A program made the translations under genes and the position numbers. The notes under the pieces were generated by a model, which saw only the letters and a list, made by a program, of their open reading frames with translations, ran no database searches and was not told where the DNA came from. DNA of 64,000 nucleotides from Octopus sinensis (lineage: Eukaryota), in assembly GCF_006345805.1 (NCBI RefSeq), contig NC_043007.1, positions 28,272,001 through 28,336,000 of the forward strand, read 5' to 3'. This document shows, in pieces, positions 53,021-63,781 of this stretch (the first letter of the stretch is position 1; the number at the start of each line of letters is the position of its first letter).

Positions 53021-55132
53021 ATATTCCTGGTAAGGCAGCTGCAGGAGAAATACCTAGCCAAAGATAAGCCCCTGTACCTGGCTTTCGTTGACATGGAGAA
53101 AGGTTTTGATAGGGTCCCCCGATCCCTTATCTGGTGGTCAATGAGGAAACTAGGGATAGATGAATGGCTGGTGAGGACTGTGCAAGCCATGTACAGAGAT
53201 GCCGTAAGTAAGGTTAGGGTTGGCAACATGTACACAGAAGAATTCAAAGTAGAGGTTGGGGTCCACCAGGGTTCAGTACTCAGCCCCCTCCTATTTATCA
53301 TAGTACTCCAGGCAATTACGGAGGAATTCAAGACAGGCTGTCCCTGGGAGCTCCTCTACGCTGACGACCTTGCTCTTATTGCTGAGTCACTATCAGAACT
53401 GGAGGAGAAGTTCCAGGTGTGGAAGGAGGGTTTAGAATCAAGGGGCCTTAGAGTCAACCTAGCTAAAACCAAAGTACTAATAAGTAGAAAGGTAGACAAT
53501 CCACAAATATCTTCAGGAAGATGGCCCTGCTCGATCTGTAGAAAAGGTGTAGGTAGAAACTCTATAAGATGTACCCAGTGTAAGCTATGGACACATAAGA
53601 GGTGCAGCAATGTCAAAGGTAGGCTAACTGGGAAGATAGTTTTTGTATGTGGCAGATGCTCGGGAGCATTAACCTCCGAAAATCTGCAGAAAACAACTTC
53701 CGTCACTTTCCAGGGGGAAAAACTAGAAGTAGTTGATAGCTTCCGTTATCTAGGTGACCAAGTCAGTAGTGGGGGTGGGTGCGCTGAAAGTGTAACTGCT
53801 AGAATAAGAATAGCCTGGGCAAAGTTTAGGGAGCTCTTACCTCTGCTGGTGACTAAAGGCCTCTCGCTCAGAGTAAAAGGCAGACTGTATGATGCGTGTG
53901 TACGAACAGCCATGCTACATGGCAGCGAAACATGGGCTGTGACTGCTGAGGACATGCGTAAGCTCGTGAGGAATGAAGCCAGTATGCTCCGATGGATGTG
54001 TAATGTCAGTGTACATACTCGACAGAGCGTTAGCACCTTGAGAGAAATGTTGTACCTAAGAAGCATCAGTTGTGGTGTGCAAGAGAGACGATTGCGCTGG
54101 TATGGTCATGTGGCGAGAATGGATGAAGATAGGTGTGTGAGAAAGTGCCAATCCCTAGCAGTTGAGGGAACCCGTGGAAGAGGTAGACCCAGGAAAACCT
54201 GGGACGAGGTGGTGAAGCACGACCTTCGAACTTTAGGCCTCACTGAGGAAATGACCAGAGACCGAGACCTTTGGAAATATTCTGTACGTGAGAAGACCAG
54301 GCAGGACAAGTGAGCCCAGCCCACTTATGAATGCCTTTCCTCCCTTGGACACAAAGACCGGTTGAGGCAAGCGAAGTCGATATAGAACCTCATCCGACGA
54401 CAGACACCCATCCCAACCCCCCATGCTTGCGAAGACATGTTGGGGCAAGCGAAATCGAAACCGAATTGAACCAGCCAGGATCCCTGGCCTGGTGGTACGT
54501 AAAAAGCACTATCCGACTCGGGGCCGTGGCACGTAAAATACTCCAATGCGACCGTACGACAGGCACCCATGCCAACCCCCTTTGCTTGTGAAGACATGTT
54601 GGGGCAAGCGAAATCGAAATCGAATTGAACCAGCCAGGATCCCTGGTCTGGTGGTACGTAAAAAGCACTATCCGACTCGTGGCCGTGGCACGTAAAATAC
54701 TCCAATGCGACCGTACGACAGGCACCCTTGCCAACCCCCTTTGCTTGTGAAGACATGTTGGGGCAAGCGAAATCGAAATCGAATTGAACCAGCCAGGATC
54801 CCTGGTCTGGTGGTACGTAAAAAGCACTATCCGACTCGTGGCCGATGCCAGCACCGCCTCGACTGGCTTCCGTGCCGGTGGCACATAAAATACACCAATC
54901 TGACCGTGGCCGTTGCCAGCCCCGCCTGGCACCTGTGCAGGTGGCACGTAAAAAGCACCCACTACACTCACGGAGTGGTTGGCGTTAGGAAGGGCATCCA
55001 GCTGTAGAAACATTGCCAAATTAGACTGGAGCCTGGTGCAGCCTTCTGGCTTCCCAGAACCCCGGTCGAACCGTCCAACCCATGCTAGCATGGAGAACGG
55101 ACGTTAAACGACGATGATGATGATGATGATGA
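53021..55132 (+). mobile_element. Young 5'-truncated RTE-PHD LINE with uninterrupted RT ORF
   Basis: Open frame to 54313 (LYADD, PHD, YLG, RGRGRPRKTW); CpGs retained; (TA)n flanks. Confidence 0.95.
54400..54843 (+). repeat. 159-bp tandem repeat (~2.7 copies) in the LINE 3' UTR
   Basis: gaagacatgttggggcaagcg at 54431, 54590 and 54749. Confidence 0.9.
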
Positions 55133-56385
55133 TATGTGTATTTATAAATGTATGTATATATATGTACATGTATGTATATATATATCTATATTTCAAATAT
55201 ATTATACTGCACCAAGAACCACTTTTTATTATTCTACTATATATATATATGTATGTGTGTATGTGTATATGTATGTATGTATGTGTGTGTATGTGTATAT
55301 ATGATATGTATATATATATATGTGGTCACTGTTACTACGGCAACAGTGAGAGAATTAAAATAGTGGAGGTGGGGGCAATTACAATTTCTCAGATCCTTAA
55401 ACAGTCACTCCCGCTGGCAGTGGTATGTCTTAGGGAAGGAAAAATTTATAAAAAGAATTTTTTTTCTCTGTGAACAGATCTGATTTTGATTAGTCAAAAA
55501 ATTGATGACGTTTTACCTCAGTAGTCAAGCTTGTCGCCATGCTTGATTGGTTTCCCTACAAGATACAGTTATGGGTTAGGTCTAATTCTGATTCGTTAAA
55601 AAATTGATGACGTTTTTCTTCCGTGGTCAAACTAGCCACCTAACAGGATACAATTATGGGTCAGATCTAATTTCGATTCGCTAAAAAATTGATGACGTTT
55701 TTCTTCCGTGGTAAAACTTGTCGTTCTGCTTGGCTGGTTTCCTAAACAGGATACAGTTGGGGGTCTTTTCCTTAGAATCGTTGAAGCTTGGTTTTGATTG
55801 GTTTGGAATTATATGACGTCAGTGAACAGTGCAAGAGTACTGACTTAACTGATATAAACCCAACAATCACTAGTTGACTAAAATTACGACAACCAAGAAT
55901 CACTACTGTTGCTCCCATCGGAACACAAGGTAAAATCTATAATGAACTCCTGCACTACACTTGACAAAACAGTAAGGAACGACTTACACCTTATAATATA
56001 TTTTTCGCCTTTTCAAGAACATGGATTCTATTGAATGTATATAGCATGGATTCTATTGAATGTATGAAACAATTATGAACTATTCCATTATACTCTTTAT
56101 TATTAAAAAATTCTTTTTGGTAAGGTTCGTTATTTCAAGAGCCGAAACATGTAAAAATTAAAATTTATCTAATATAGTGGCATTTTCAAACTTCTTTTTT
56201 ACAAATATATACCCACTCGTATACGATCTAATCTTATTATAAATATATATATATATATATATATCACAATCAAGGAACGGCCATAATAGGCCTTTCACCC
56301 ACTAGAAATAACAGCCAAAAGCTTCAACCGCAAAATAACATCAATTCCGTAAACCAGGAGAAAATTAAAAAACATTTACCCTGTA

Positions 56386-56492
56386 ATTTCTTATACGATG
56401 CACCGTTTCATCTACTGGTTAATGGTAAACTAACCTGATTAAATTAAATCAAGCCAATCTACCATAAGCCCTTAGATTCATCAGTAAGAAAT
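56386..56492 (-). ncRNA. Type I hammerhead ribozyme (mirror copy)
   Basis: Reverse complement of 56517-56623. Confidence 0.85.
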
Positions 56493-56516
56493 AGCCAAGT
56501 CGGTTCCGACTTGGCT

Positions 56517-56623
56517 ATTTCTTACTGATGAATCTAAGGGCTTATGGTAGATTGGCTTGATTTAATTTAATCAGGTTAGTTTACCATTAAACAGTAGATG
56601 AAACGGTGCATCGTATAAGAAAT
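56517..56623 (+). ncRNA. Type I hammerhead ribozyme
   Basis: ATTTCTTA-CTGATGA-ATCTA..TAGAT-GAAA-CGGTGCATCG-TA-TAAGAAAT; predicted cleavage after A56615. Confidence 0.85.
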
Positions 56624-56861
56624 TACAGGGTAAATGTTTTTTAATTTTCTCCTGGTTTACGGAATTGATGTTATTTTGCGGTTGAAGCTTTTGGCTGTTA
56701 TTTCTAGTGGGTGAAAGGCCTATTATGGCCGTTCCTTGATTGTGATGTTGAACTTAAAAATGGTCTATGACTATTTAATTTTTTCCCACTAGGCCGCTGG
56801 TGGCAAAAAAATTCTACAAAATTTTTTGCCACCCTATATTGATTATATATATATATATATA

Positions 56862-59048
56862 TGGTGGATTCTCTCATCGAAGACGATGAATGAGGGTTCA
56901 TTAAATAACCTTCAACAATTCCTAAGCCCTGTGACACCGCATGTGTACCTTCAATCCAGCAGATGTCTTGCACACTTTCTCGCAAATGGTATACCTGCAT
57001 GTATTTGTTGGTTCAAAATGTCTTCTCAGGTGGACAGCTAACCCAGCTTTGCTTCGTGCTTGGAACCCACAGTGACACACACAATCATTGTTTGGTGGAT
57101 TTTGCTGATGTGTTGCTTTCAAATTTGCACAAAGGGCGTCCCTATGACGAAGGCAGTTACTTTCAAATTCTCTAGTCTTTAGAAAACACATTTTCCTCCA
57201 TTTGCTGCAATCCCTTGCTGCACTCTCCCAGGAGCTCAGAGCAATGTCACAACGCTTCAGATTGTCTTTTAGTTTGTCCTTGTAATGAAGAAGAGGACGC
57301 CCTGTTGGACGGGAAGAATTTGTCAATTGCCCATAAGAAAGCTACTTTGGAACTCTTGAGTCATCCATTCTTACGAGATGACCAGACCACCGCATTTGTA
57401 TCTTAAGCCTTACGATTTGACAATTGCTTTATAGCCTTTTCGACCTCCGACATGGATGGACTGTCAGCAAGATTCTCGATGGTTGGCTTCTGAGGAAGAT
57501 TATCAATCACTTCCTGATCCACTGTCGATTCTCTGTTTAAAACATTTGAAAAATGTTCAGCCCAGCGCTTAGTAATCTCTTTCATATCGGTGAGGAGAGT
57601 GCCATCTGACAAAAATATTGGAGAGGCCCCCTTTGAAATGGGACCAAAGACACCTTTGACATTTTGGTAGAAAGATTTAAAATCGCACTTATCTGCTGCA
57701 TCTTGTAAGGACTGGGCTTTCAACTTCCACCAGTTTTGTTTCATTTCCCGGAGTCGAGATTGTGCCAACTTTTTGGACATTCGAAAAGCCTTGTGTTTCA
57801 CTGAAGAATTTTTGTCAGTAATCCACACTTGATGGGTTTGATGCATGTTTCTGAGCAAAGGGAGGATGGTTGGATCATTTTCATCAAACCAATCTTGGTT
57901 CTTCCTTCGAACATAACCTAATGACTCTTTGGCAGAGTCATACACTGCAGTTTTAAACTCTGACCAAGATGCCTCAATGTCATTCCCACATATAATGGAG
58001 GACAGCTTTTCGTCAGTAACCGTTTGAAACGAGTGCATGGTCTCCTTAACCTTCAACTTGTCCACATCAATTCTCTTGATGAGAGAACTACGTTGATTTC
58101 AAACAGGGCATTTGATTTTCATCTTGATTGTGGAGCAGATCAATTTGTGATCTGACCAACATTTCCCTATACTGTAAGAGCATGTAAGAGTTACATCTTG
58201 TCTATCAGAACGACATACAATGACATAGTCAATGAGATGATAATGATTAGACCGGGGATGCTTCCAACTGGCTTTCTTGCAATTAGGTAGCTGAAAGTGA
58301 GCAAAAGCTCAAACTCACTGCAAAGAGACAATAAAAGAACACTGTTTGAGTTGACTTTACCAATTCCGTGTGAACCAATGACATTGCTCGAAGATTGTGT
58401 ATCACTACCTACACGAGCATTGAAGTCACCTAAGACAAACAGCTTATCTTGAATCGACACCTTGTTAATCTGTTCACGTAAAGAGGAGTAAAAACTTTCT
58501 TTTAGCTCATCAGATGAATTAAGTGTAGGTGCATAGCAACTAAAAAATGTGGCATATTTGTCTTTTCCTACCGCAACACGCAAGGACATAAGTCTGTCAT
58601 TTATACCAACAGGCAGAGAGTCAAGATTTTTGGCAATATCACTTCTGATGGCAAAACCAACACCAGATTCACGTTTCTCAGATCTTGCTTTTCCTATCCA
58701 ATAGAAAGTGTACCCACCTTCAACTTCCTCTAACTGTCCCGTATCAGCAAACCTGGTTTTGGAAAGAGCTGCAATACCAATTTTATGATGCTTCAACACA
58801 TGTGCTATGATAGTGGTTCTTCATTCAGGGTTCTTTTTGTTATCTTGGAGTGTTCTCACATTCCAAGACACAATGAACATATTTGTTCCATGTATTTTCT
58901 TTCTACTTTTGATTTGGGTGCAATATTGGATGCCCAGACATCTGCACCTGATGACAGAGACAAGAGCAAGTAAGCAATGTTTAGGTCATTTTTTATAGAC
59001 CCCCTCCCCATGAAGAGGAAAGCAGTGCCATCCTAAAAAGGGCTGCTT
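56862..59048 (-). mobile_element. RTE LINE with C-terminal C2H2 fingers; RT core deleted
   Basis: EN (ALSKTRF, GVGFAI, GDFNARVG) and linker to KQLSNRKA, fused to RWSGHLVRMD..GRP..HCGFQARSKAGLAVHLRRH..ICEKVCKTSAGLKVHMRCH; (TA)n at both ends. Confidence 0.9.
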
Positions 59049-59079
59049 TATATATATATTATGTTGCCATTATAAAGTT

Positions 59080-59730
59080 ATCAATAATGACAGCAGCAGC
59101 ATTAACAACAGAAACAATGAGCAGCAGCAGCAGATGCAGCAGCACTATGAAGAGCAATAGCAGCTTCAGTTGAACAAGCAGCAACAACAGCACCAACAGC
59201 AGTGGCAGCAACACTGACAGTGGCAACAACAGCAGCAGTAGCAGTAACAACAAACTCTCTAGATTTAAAACACCACCAACGACAACATTGCCTGGATTAA
59301 GAGTAACAACAGCAACAGCAGGAAGAGGAGAACAACAACAACAACAATAATAAATGCAACAAAACAAAAAATGAAAATAAAACAAAATCCAACAACAATG
59401 CCAGCAAGGATGCTTCGTGATCAAAAAGCCGTAAGAATTGAGGCTTTAACATTGCAAGAATAGTAACAACAACAACAATGGCAACAGCAGAATTACGACA
59501 ATAGCAACAACCACAGCAGCCAAAGCCACAATAACCAGAGTAACAGCAAGAACAAGCACATTAACAAAGCAGCAATAACAACAACAACAGCAACAGCAAA
59601 ACAACAATAAGAAAACCACTGATAATGAAAACAGTAGAAATAATAATAGAATTATGGATGGCCAACTAATACAACCGCAACAATATAAGCAATAAGAACA
59701 ACAACAGCAACAACAACTGTACTAATAACA
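59080..59730. repeat. Degenerate (CAA/CAG)n tract
   Basis: Trinucleotide low complexity. Confidence 0.8.
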
Positions 59731-60257
59731 TTAAAAGAGGAGTAGTTATATTTAGACAGTCTTACTTTCACTTTCGGGTGACTGTCACAGATTCCATGTT
59801 TTTACACATGTATCATGTAAGTAGAGTGAACAAATCTACCAAGGCATGGCTCAGTATATAATGTAGTAAGAATCCAAGTGTTCCAAAGGTATAGGGTTGT
59901 TGGAATAAATGTAAGGAATTCTACATTGGATGGAAAGAATATTTATATTTGTGTTGAGTTAATATTTAACACCATTCCTATTGGAATATCAAAACAATAA
60001 TGATCACAACACAACTTATTAGTGAAGTGTCTTTTATACAATCTACTTCAGGTGTTCACATTCAGTTATGCCTCATATCACCCTACAAATAAGCAAATAT
60101 TTATACACAGTCTTTAAAATTTTATTTATCATTAATTTCAAACACTGAATTTTCACTCTTATTATTTTATTATTCCCAGAGAATATTTTATAGGGATAAC
60201 TCCAACATTTTAAATTATTTTGTACCAGTTTGTACCGAGGAATGGACTCCCATCAAT

Positions 60258-60487
60258 ATGGGCAGCGATTATTCAAAGAATCGGAAGTTGAAACAGAGAA
60301 AAGTGTCAAGCAAAGTGCAACCATCTGAACCAAGTCACTCAGTTGTTATTAGTGAGGCCAGTTATGGCTTGTCTGAGAGCAATAATGTGGCAAATTACAT
60401 TACTGACAAACAAAAGGAACTCGTTCTAGAAACATGGAAAATAGTCCAGTGCAACATGACCAGAGTTGGTGTTGTGATGTTCATGAA
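60258..60487 (+). CDS. Globin (globin X/neuroglobin-like) with N-terminal extension, first coding exon
   Basis: MGSDYSK...ITDKQKELVLETWKIVQCNMTRVGVVMFMK covers globin helices A and B (A12 Trp, B6 Gly). Donor AA|gtaagt at 60488 is phase 2, the conserved B12.2 intron position. Acceptor cccag at 60179. Confidence 0.85.
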
Positions 60488-62151
60488 GTAAGTTATAAAC
60501 TGTATATATTCTATATTATGTGTGTATGTCATATACATACATATATACATGTACACACATGCACACGCACACACATTTTTATTTTGTCATATGCTCAGTT
60601 ACCTGATATCAGATTTTCTATCAGAAAAGGTTGATAGCCCCTTATTTACCTATAATGTATATGTGTCTGCATCTTTGCATAAACTGTATGTATGCCAGTG
60701 TGTAGCTGATATGTGTGTGAATATATTTATGAGATATATATGTACTTCTAAATGGATAGGCATATGGGTGGAAATGTGTGTCACCTTTCATTATTGTTAT
60801 TTAGATGACTTCATCCATAACTCACACTGCCTTTTTTCTCTCTATTGAAGCCAATTTTGAACTCCTTTAGAAAATTATGTTGCTATTTCTCATAGATCGA
60901 GTTATCACCCCCTCGCTGGTTCTATTCCGCGTGCTATATATGTATCTGTTGGTATGTGAAATATGCACAGGTATAGCAGTGAAGGCAATAACATCATCAT
61001 CGTTTTATATATATATATGTAAAGACCATGCAATACAAGGTAATGAGAATTAGTCTCAGGTACATCACACAGCCCTTACAATAAATATAAATATTACATA
61101 TATGTGCCAGAGGGAAAAAGAGAAAACAGAACGGAGTAGAATGTTTAAGAGAAGATTTATGGATATGTTAACATGTGTGTGTGTGTGTGTGTGTACGTCA
61201 TGTATATAGAATAATAGACAGGCTGTCATGAGAACAAAATGTATGTGTATATAGGCATGGATGTATGCATGTATGTTAAGTACATATAGGAATAGCAATG
61301 AAGGAGAGAGTGAAGGAGTCAAAAAGTTAGAAGAATGAGTTGGTTGCTGTACATGTTGTATGTGAAGTTGTGGCTGTAATGCTGCCTTGGTCACTTGGTA
61401 CAGGAGTTTTTGCAAGTTGTATATCTGCTGTTGATCCAAGGTGAAGTAATTCATGAACAGTGAGGTGTTGGAACCAGGATGAGTTGCTTGTGAGCTGTGT
61501 ATGTAGAGATAATGTTGACGAAGTTAAGAATATGATGGTGGCGACGAAGAAAGAGATCACCATAATGGTGTTGGACGAAGTTGGTAAGTCTCAACATGGC
61601 TACTGTCACTGGAACTGGCTGTATCTTGTGTGGTCAGTGGCTAGACCTCAAAAGGTCTGGAACCAAATCGTTGAGATGAGGAATATCAGGGTTTTTATAA
61701 GGAGCTATAGGCTCAAAACTGAATTGAGAACAGACTTTCTCCCGTGATTTTATTTAGAAGCTCTGATTGATTATACGCTGCAAATTGATACAACAAAGTA
61801 AGAGACAAATTGCACCAATACCAACCAATCAGAGTAGTGGACACAACGGGATCCAAGTAGAGGCCAAAGGCTAGCTGTTACCTGCTATGTTTGAATGCAT
61901 GTGTATATAATAAAGGGGAGAGAGGAATTTCACTTGAGTGTTCATTACATATATATATGTACCATGAGATGTGCTATATATATATATAGCACATCTCATG
62001 GTAGATGTCTATCTTTGATGGTATGTAAATATATACACATTTATGCGTGCATGTATGCATCTATGTAAGTGCACATATGTATATATCTGTACCTAATCTT
62101 TTGTGATTATGGGTATTGGTATATAAATATTTACTCTTACATATATATATA

Positions 62152-62314
62152 CACGCAGGAGTGGATGTGTGATAAGTAGCTTGCTTACCAGCCACACAGT
62201 TCCAGGTTCAGTCACGCAGTGTGGCAACCTGGGCAAGAGTTTTCTACTATAGCTTTGAGCCGACCAAAGCCTTGTGAGTGGATTTGGTAGACAGAAACTG
62301 AAAGAAGCCTGTTG
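62152..62314 (+). mobile_element. tRNA-derived CORE-type SINE within (TA)n; minus-strand fragment at 34126-34222
   Basis: A/B-box-like head, CORE-like cctgggcaag, tail gtagacagaaactgaaagaagcc. Confidence 0.75.
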
Positions 62315-62354
<40 letters not shown>

Positions 62355-62913
62355 CGAGCAAAATGACCCCTGTCCAATGGACGGTGCAGAGTTGTCAAAC
62401 ATTTAAACCAAATTTCCTTAAAACAATTTGTCTGACCGTCCTATAGGCCTCTCCTTTGAGAAACACTGATGTAACCTAAATTTGAGACACCAGTAAGCTT
62501 GGCAGGAAAGAAACATGCCTTTAAACAGTACAAAAACAACAAAAAGTGGAAGGTGCAGTTATGTACAGGTTGACAGAAGAAAAGCTGGACAAAAATGATG
62601 CATGAAAATGGGTTAGGTGGAGGTAAATCTAGAGGGACAAGCATGATGATTTTTTTTGCGCAAACTGCACATGCATTTTTCTCGTGTACGCATAGTATCA
62701 ATCACAACAGCTGATGTACTTGCACATACAAATGCACATTCCCACGGCTTTATCAATCGCATTCTCACCTAGAATCAATTTTTGTAATTTTTTCAAGACT
62801 TATACACACCATAATACCGTCGATATCTACATATCAAATTTGAGCACAATCGGATGGAGTATCCAAGAAGACACACAAATAGACAGACAGAATAGATTTT
62901 ATATAATATATAG
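62355..62913 (-). mobile_element. Non-autonomous Helitron-like element
   Basis: Minus-strand 5' end ctatatattatataaaatct followed by (GTCT)n; 3' hairpin gtcca..tggac then CTCG|T. Confidence 0.55.
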
Positions 62914-63032
62914 GCTTGAAATGAGGAAAAGATGGACATCCAACAGCTGATGAAGGGTCGTTCTTTATGTTACTTGTCATGTTTTCCATTTGTTTCTCTT
63001 GTTGTTTGCATATTCAACTCATTTGTTTTCAT

Positions 63033-63490
63033 TCTTCATGTTGTTTACAATTTGTGATAACCTGTACTCATATCAGCATATATATATATATATGTCAGTA
63101 AGGTGAGGGTTAACAACGAGTACAATGAAGAATTCTGAGTAGGGGTAGGGGTCCACCAAAGATCAGTCCTCAGCCCCCTCTTATTCATCATAGTTCTCCA
63201 GGCAATAACACAGGAATTCAAGACAGGATGCCCCTGGGAGCTTCTCTATGCTGATGCCCTTACTCTAATTGCTGAGTCACTATCAGAACTCAAGGAGAAG
63301 CTTCAGGTGTGGAAGCAAGGATTAGAATCGAAGAGCCTTAGAGTCAACCTAGCTAAAACCAAAGTCCTAATAAGTAGGAAGGCAGGCAAACCACAAATCC
63401 CTTCAGGTAGATGGCCATGCTCGGTCTGTAGTAGAGGCGTAGGTAGAAAATCTATAAGATGTACCCAGTGTTAGCTATGGACACATAAGA
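63033..63490 (+). mobile_element. RTE-PHD RT fragment
   Basis: Homologous to 53205-53599; starts at (TA)n. Confidence 0.85.
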
Positions 63491-63732
63491 ATATTATTAT
63501 TGATTAGGATTAGAATTGAAAGTAAAATTTCCACTTATTTCTTATTCTTATTTTCTAAAATTTTTGTTGCGTCTTGCAGCATTTTCAATAGTAGTGAGTG
63601 TGTAAAATTGTAAGAAAATGACTCACCTCAGACACAACAGAATAAGCTTCAACACATGAACTCACATAAAGAATTTTGCAAACCAAATCCAAAAACGAAA
63701 TATGTATGTATGTGTGTGTGTGTGCGTGTGTG

Positions 63733-63781
<49 letters not shown>

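Larger units (their letters stand above)
56263..56746. repeat. 484-bp palindrome (241-bp arms, 2-nt spacer)
   Basis: Centre GTCGG-tt-CCGAC at 56499-56510; one mismatch seen. Confidence 0.95.

Noticed and set aside
54390-55091. 233-aa ORF
   Set aside because: Antisense read-through of the 159-bp tandem repeat, whose length is a multiple of 3.
59059-59424. Leu-rich or poly-Q ORF
   Set aside because: Product of trinucleotide low complexity; no splice or homology support.
62947-62960. CTGATGA possible hammerhead core
   Set aside because: No downstream stem II-GAAA-stem III-UH could be built.
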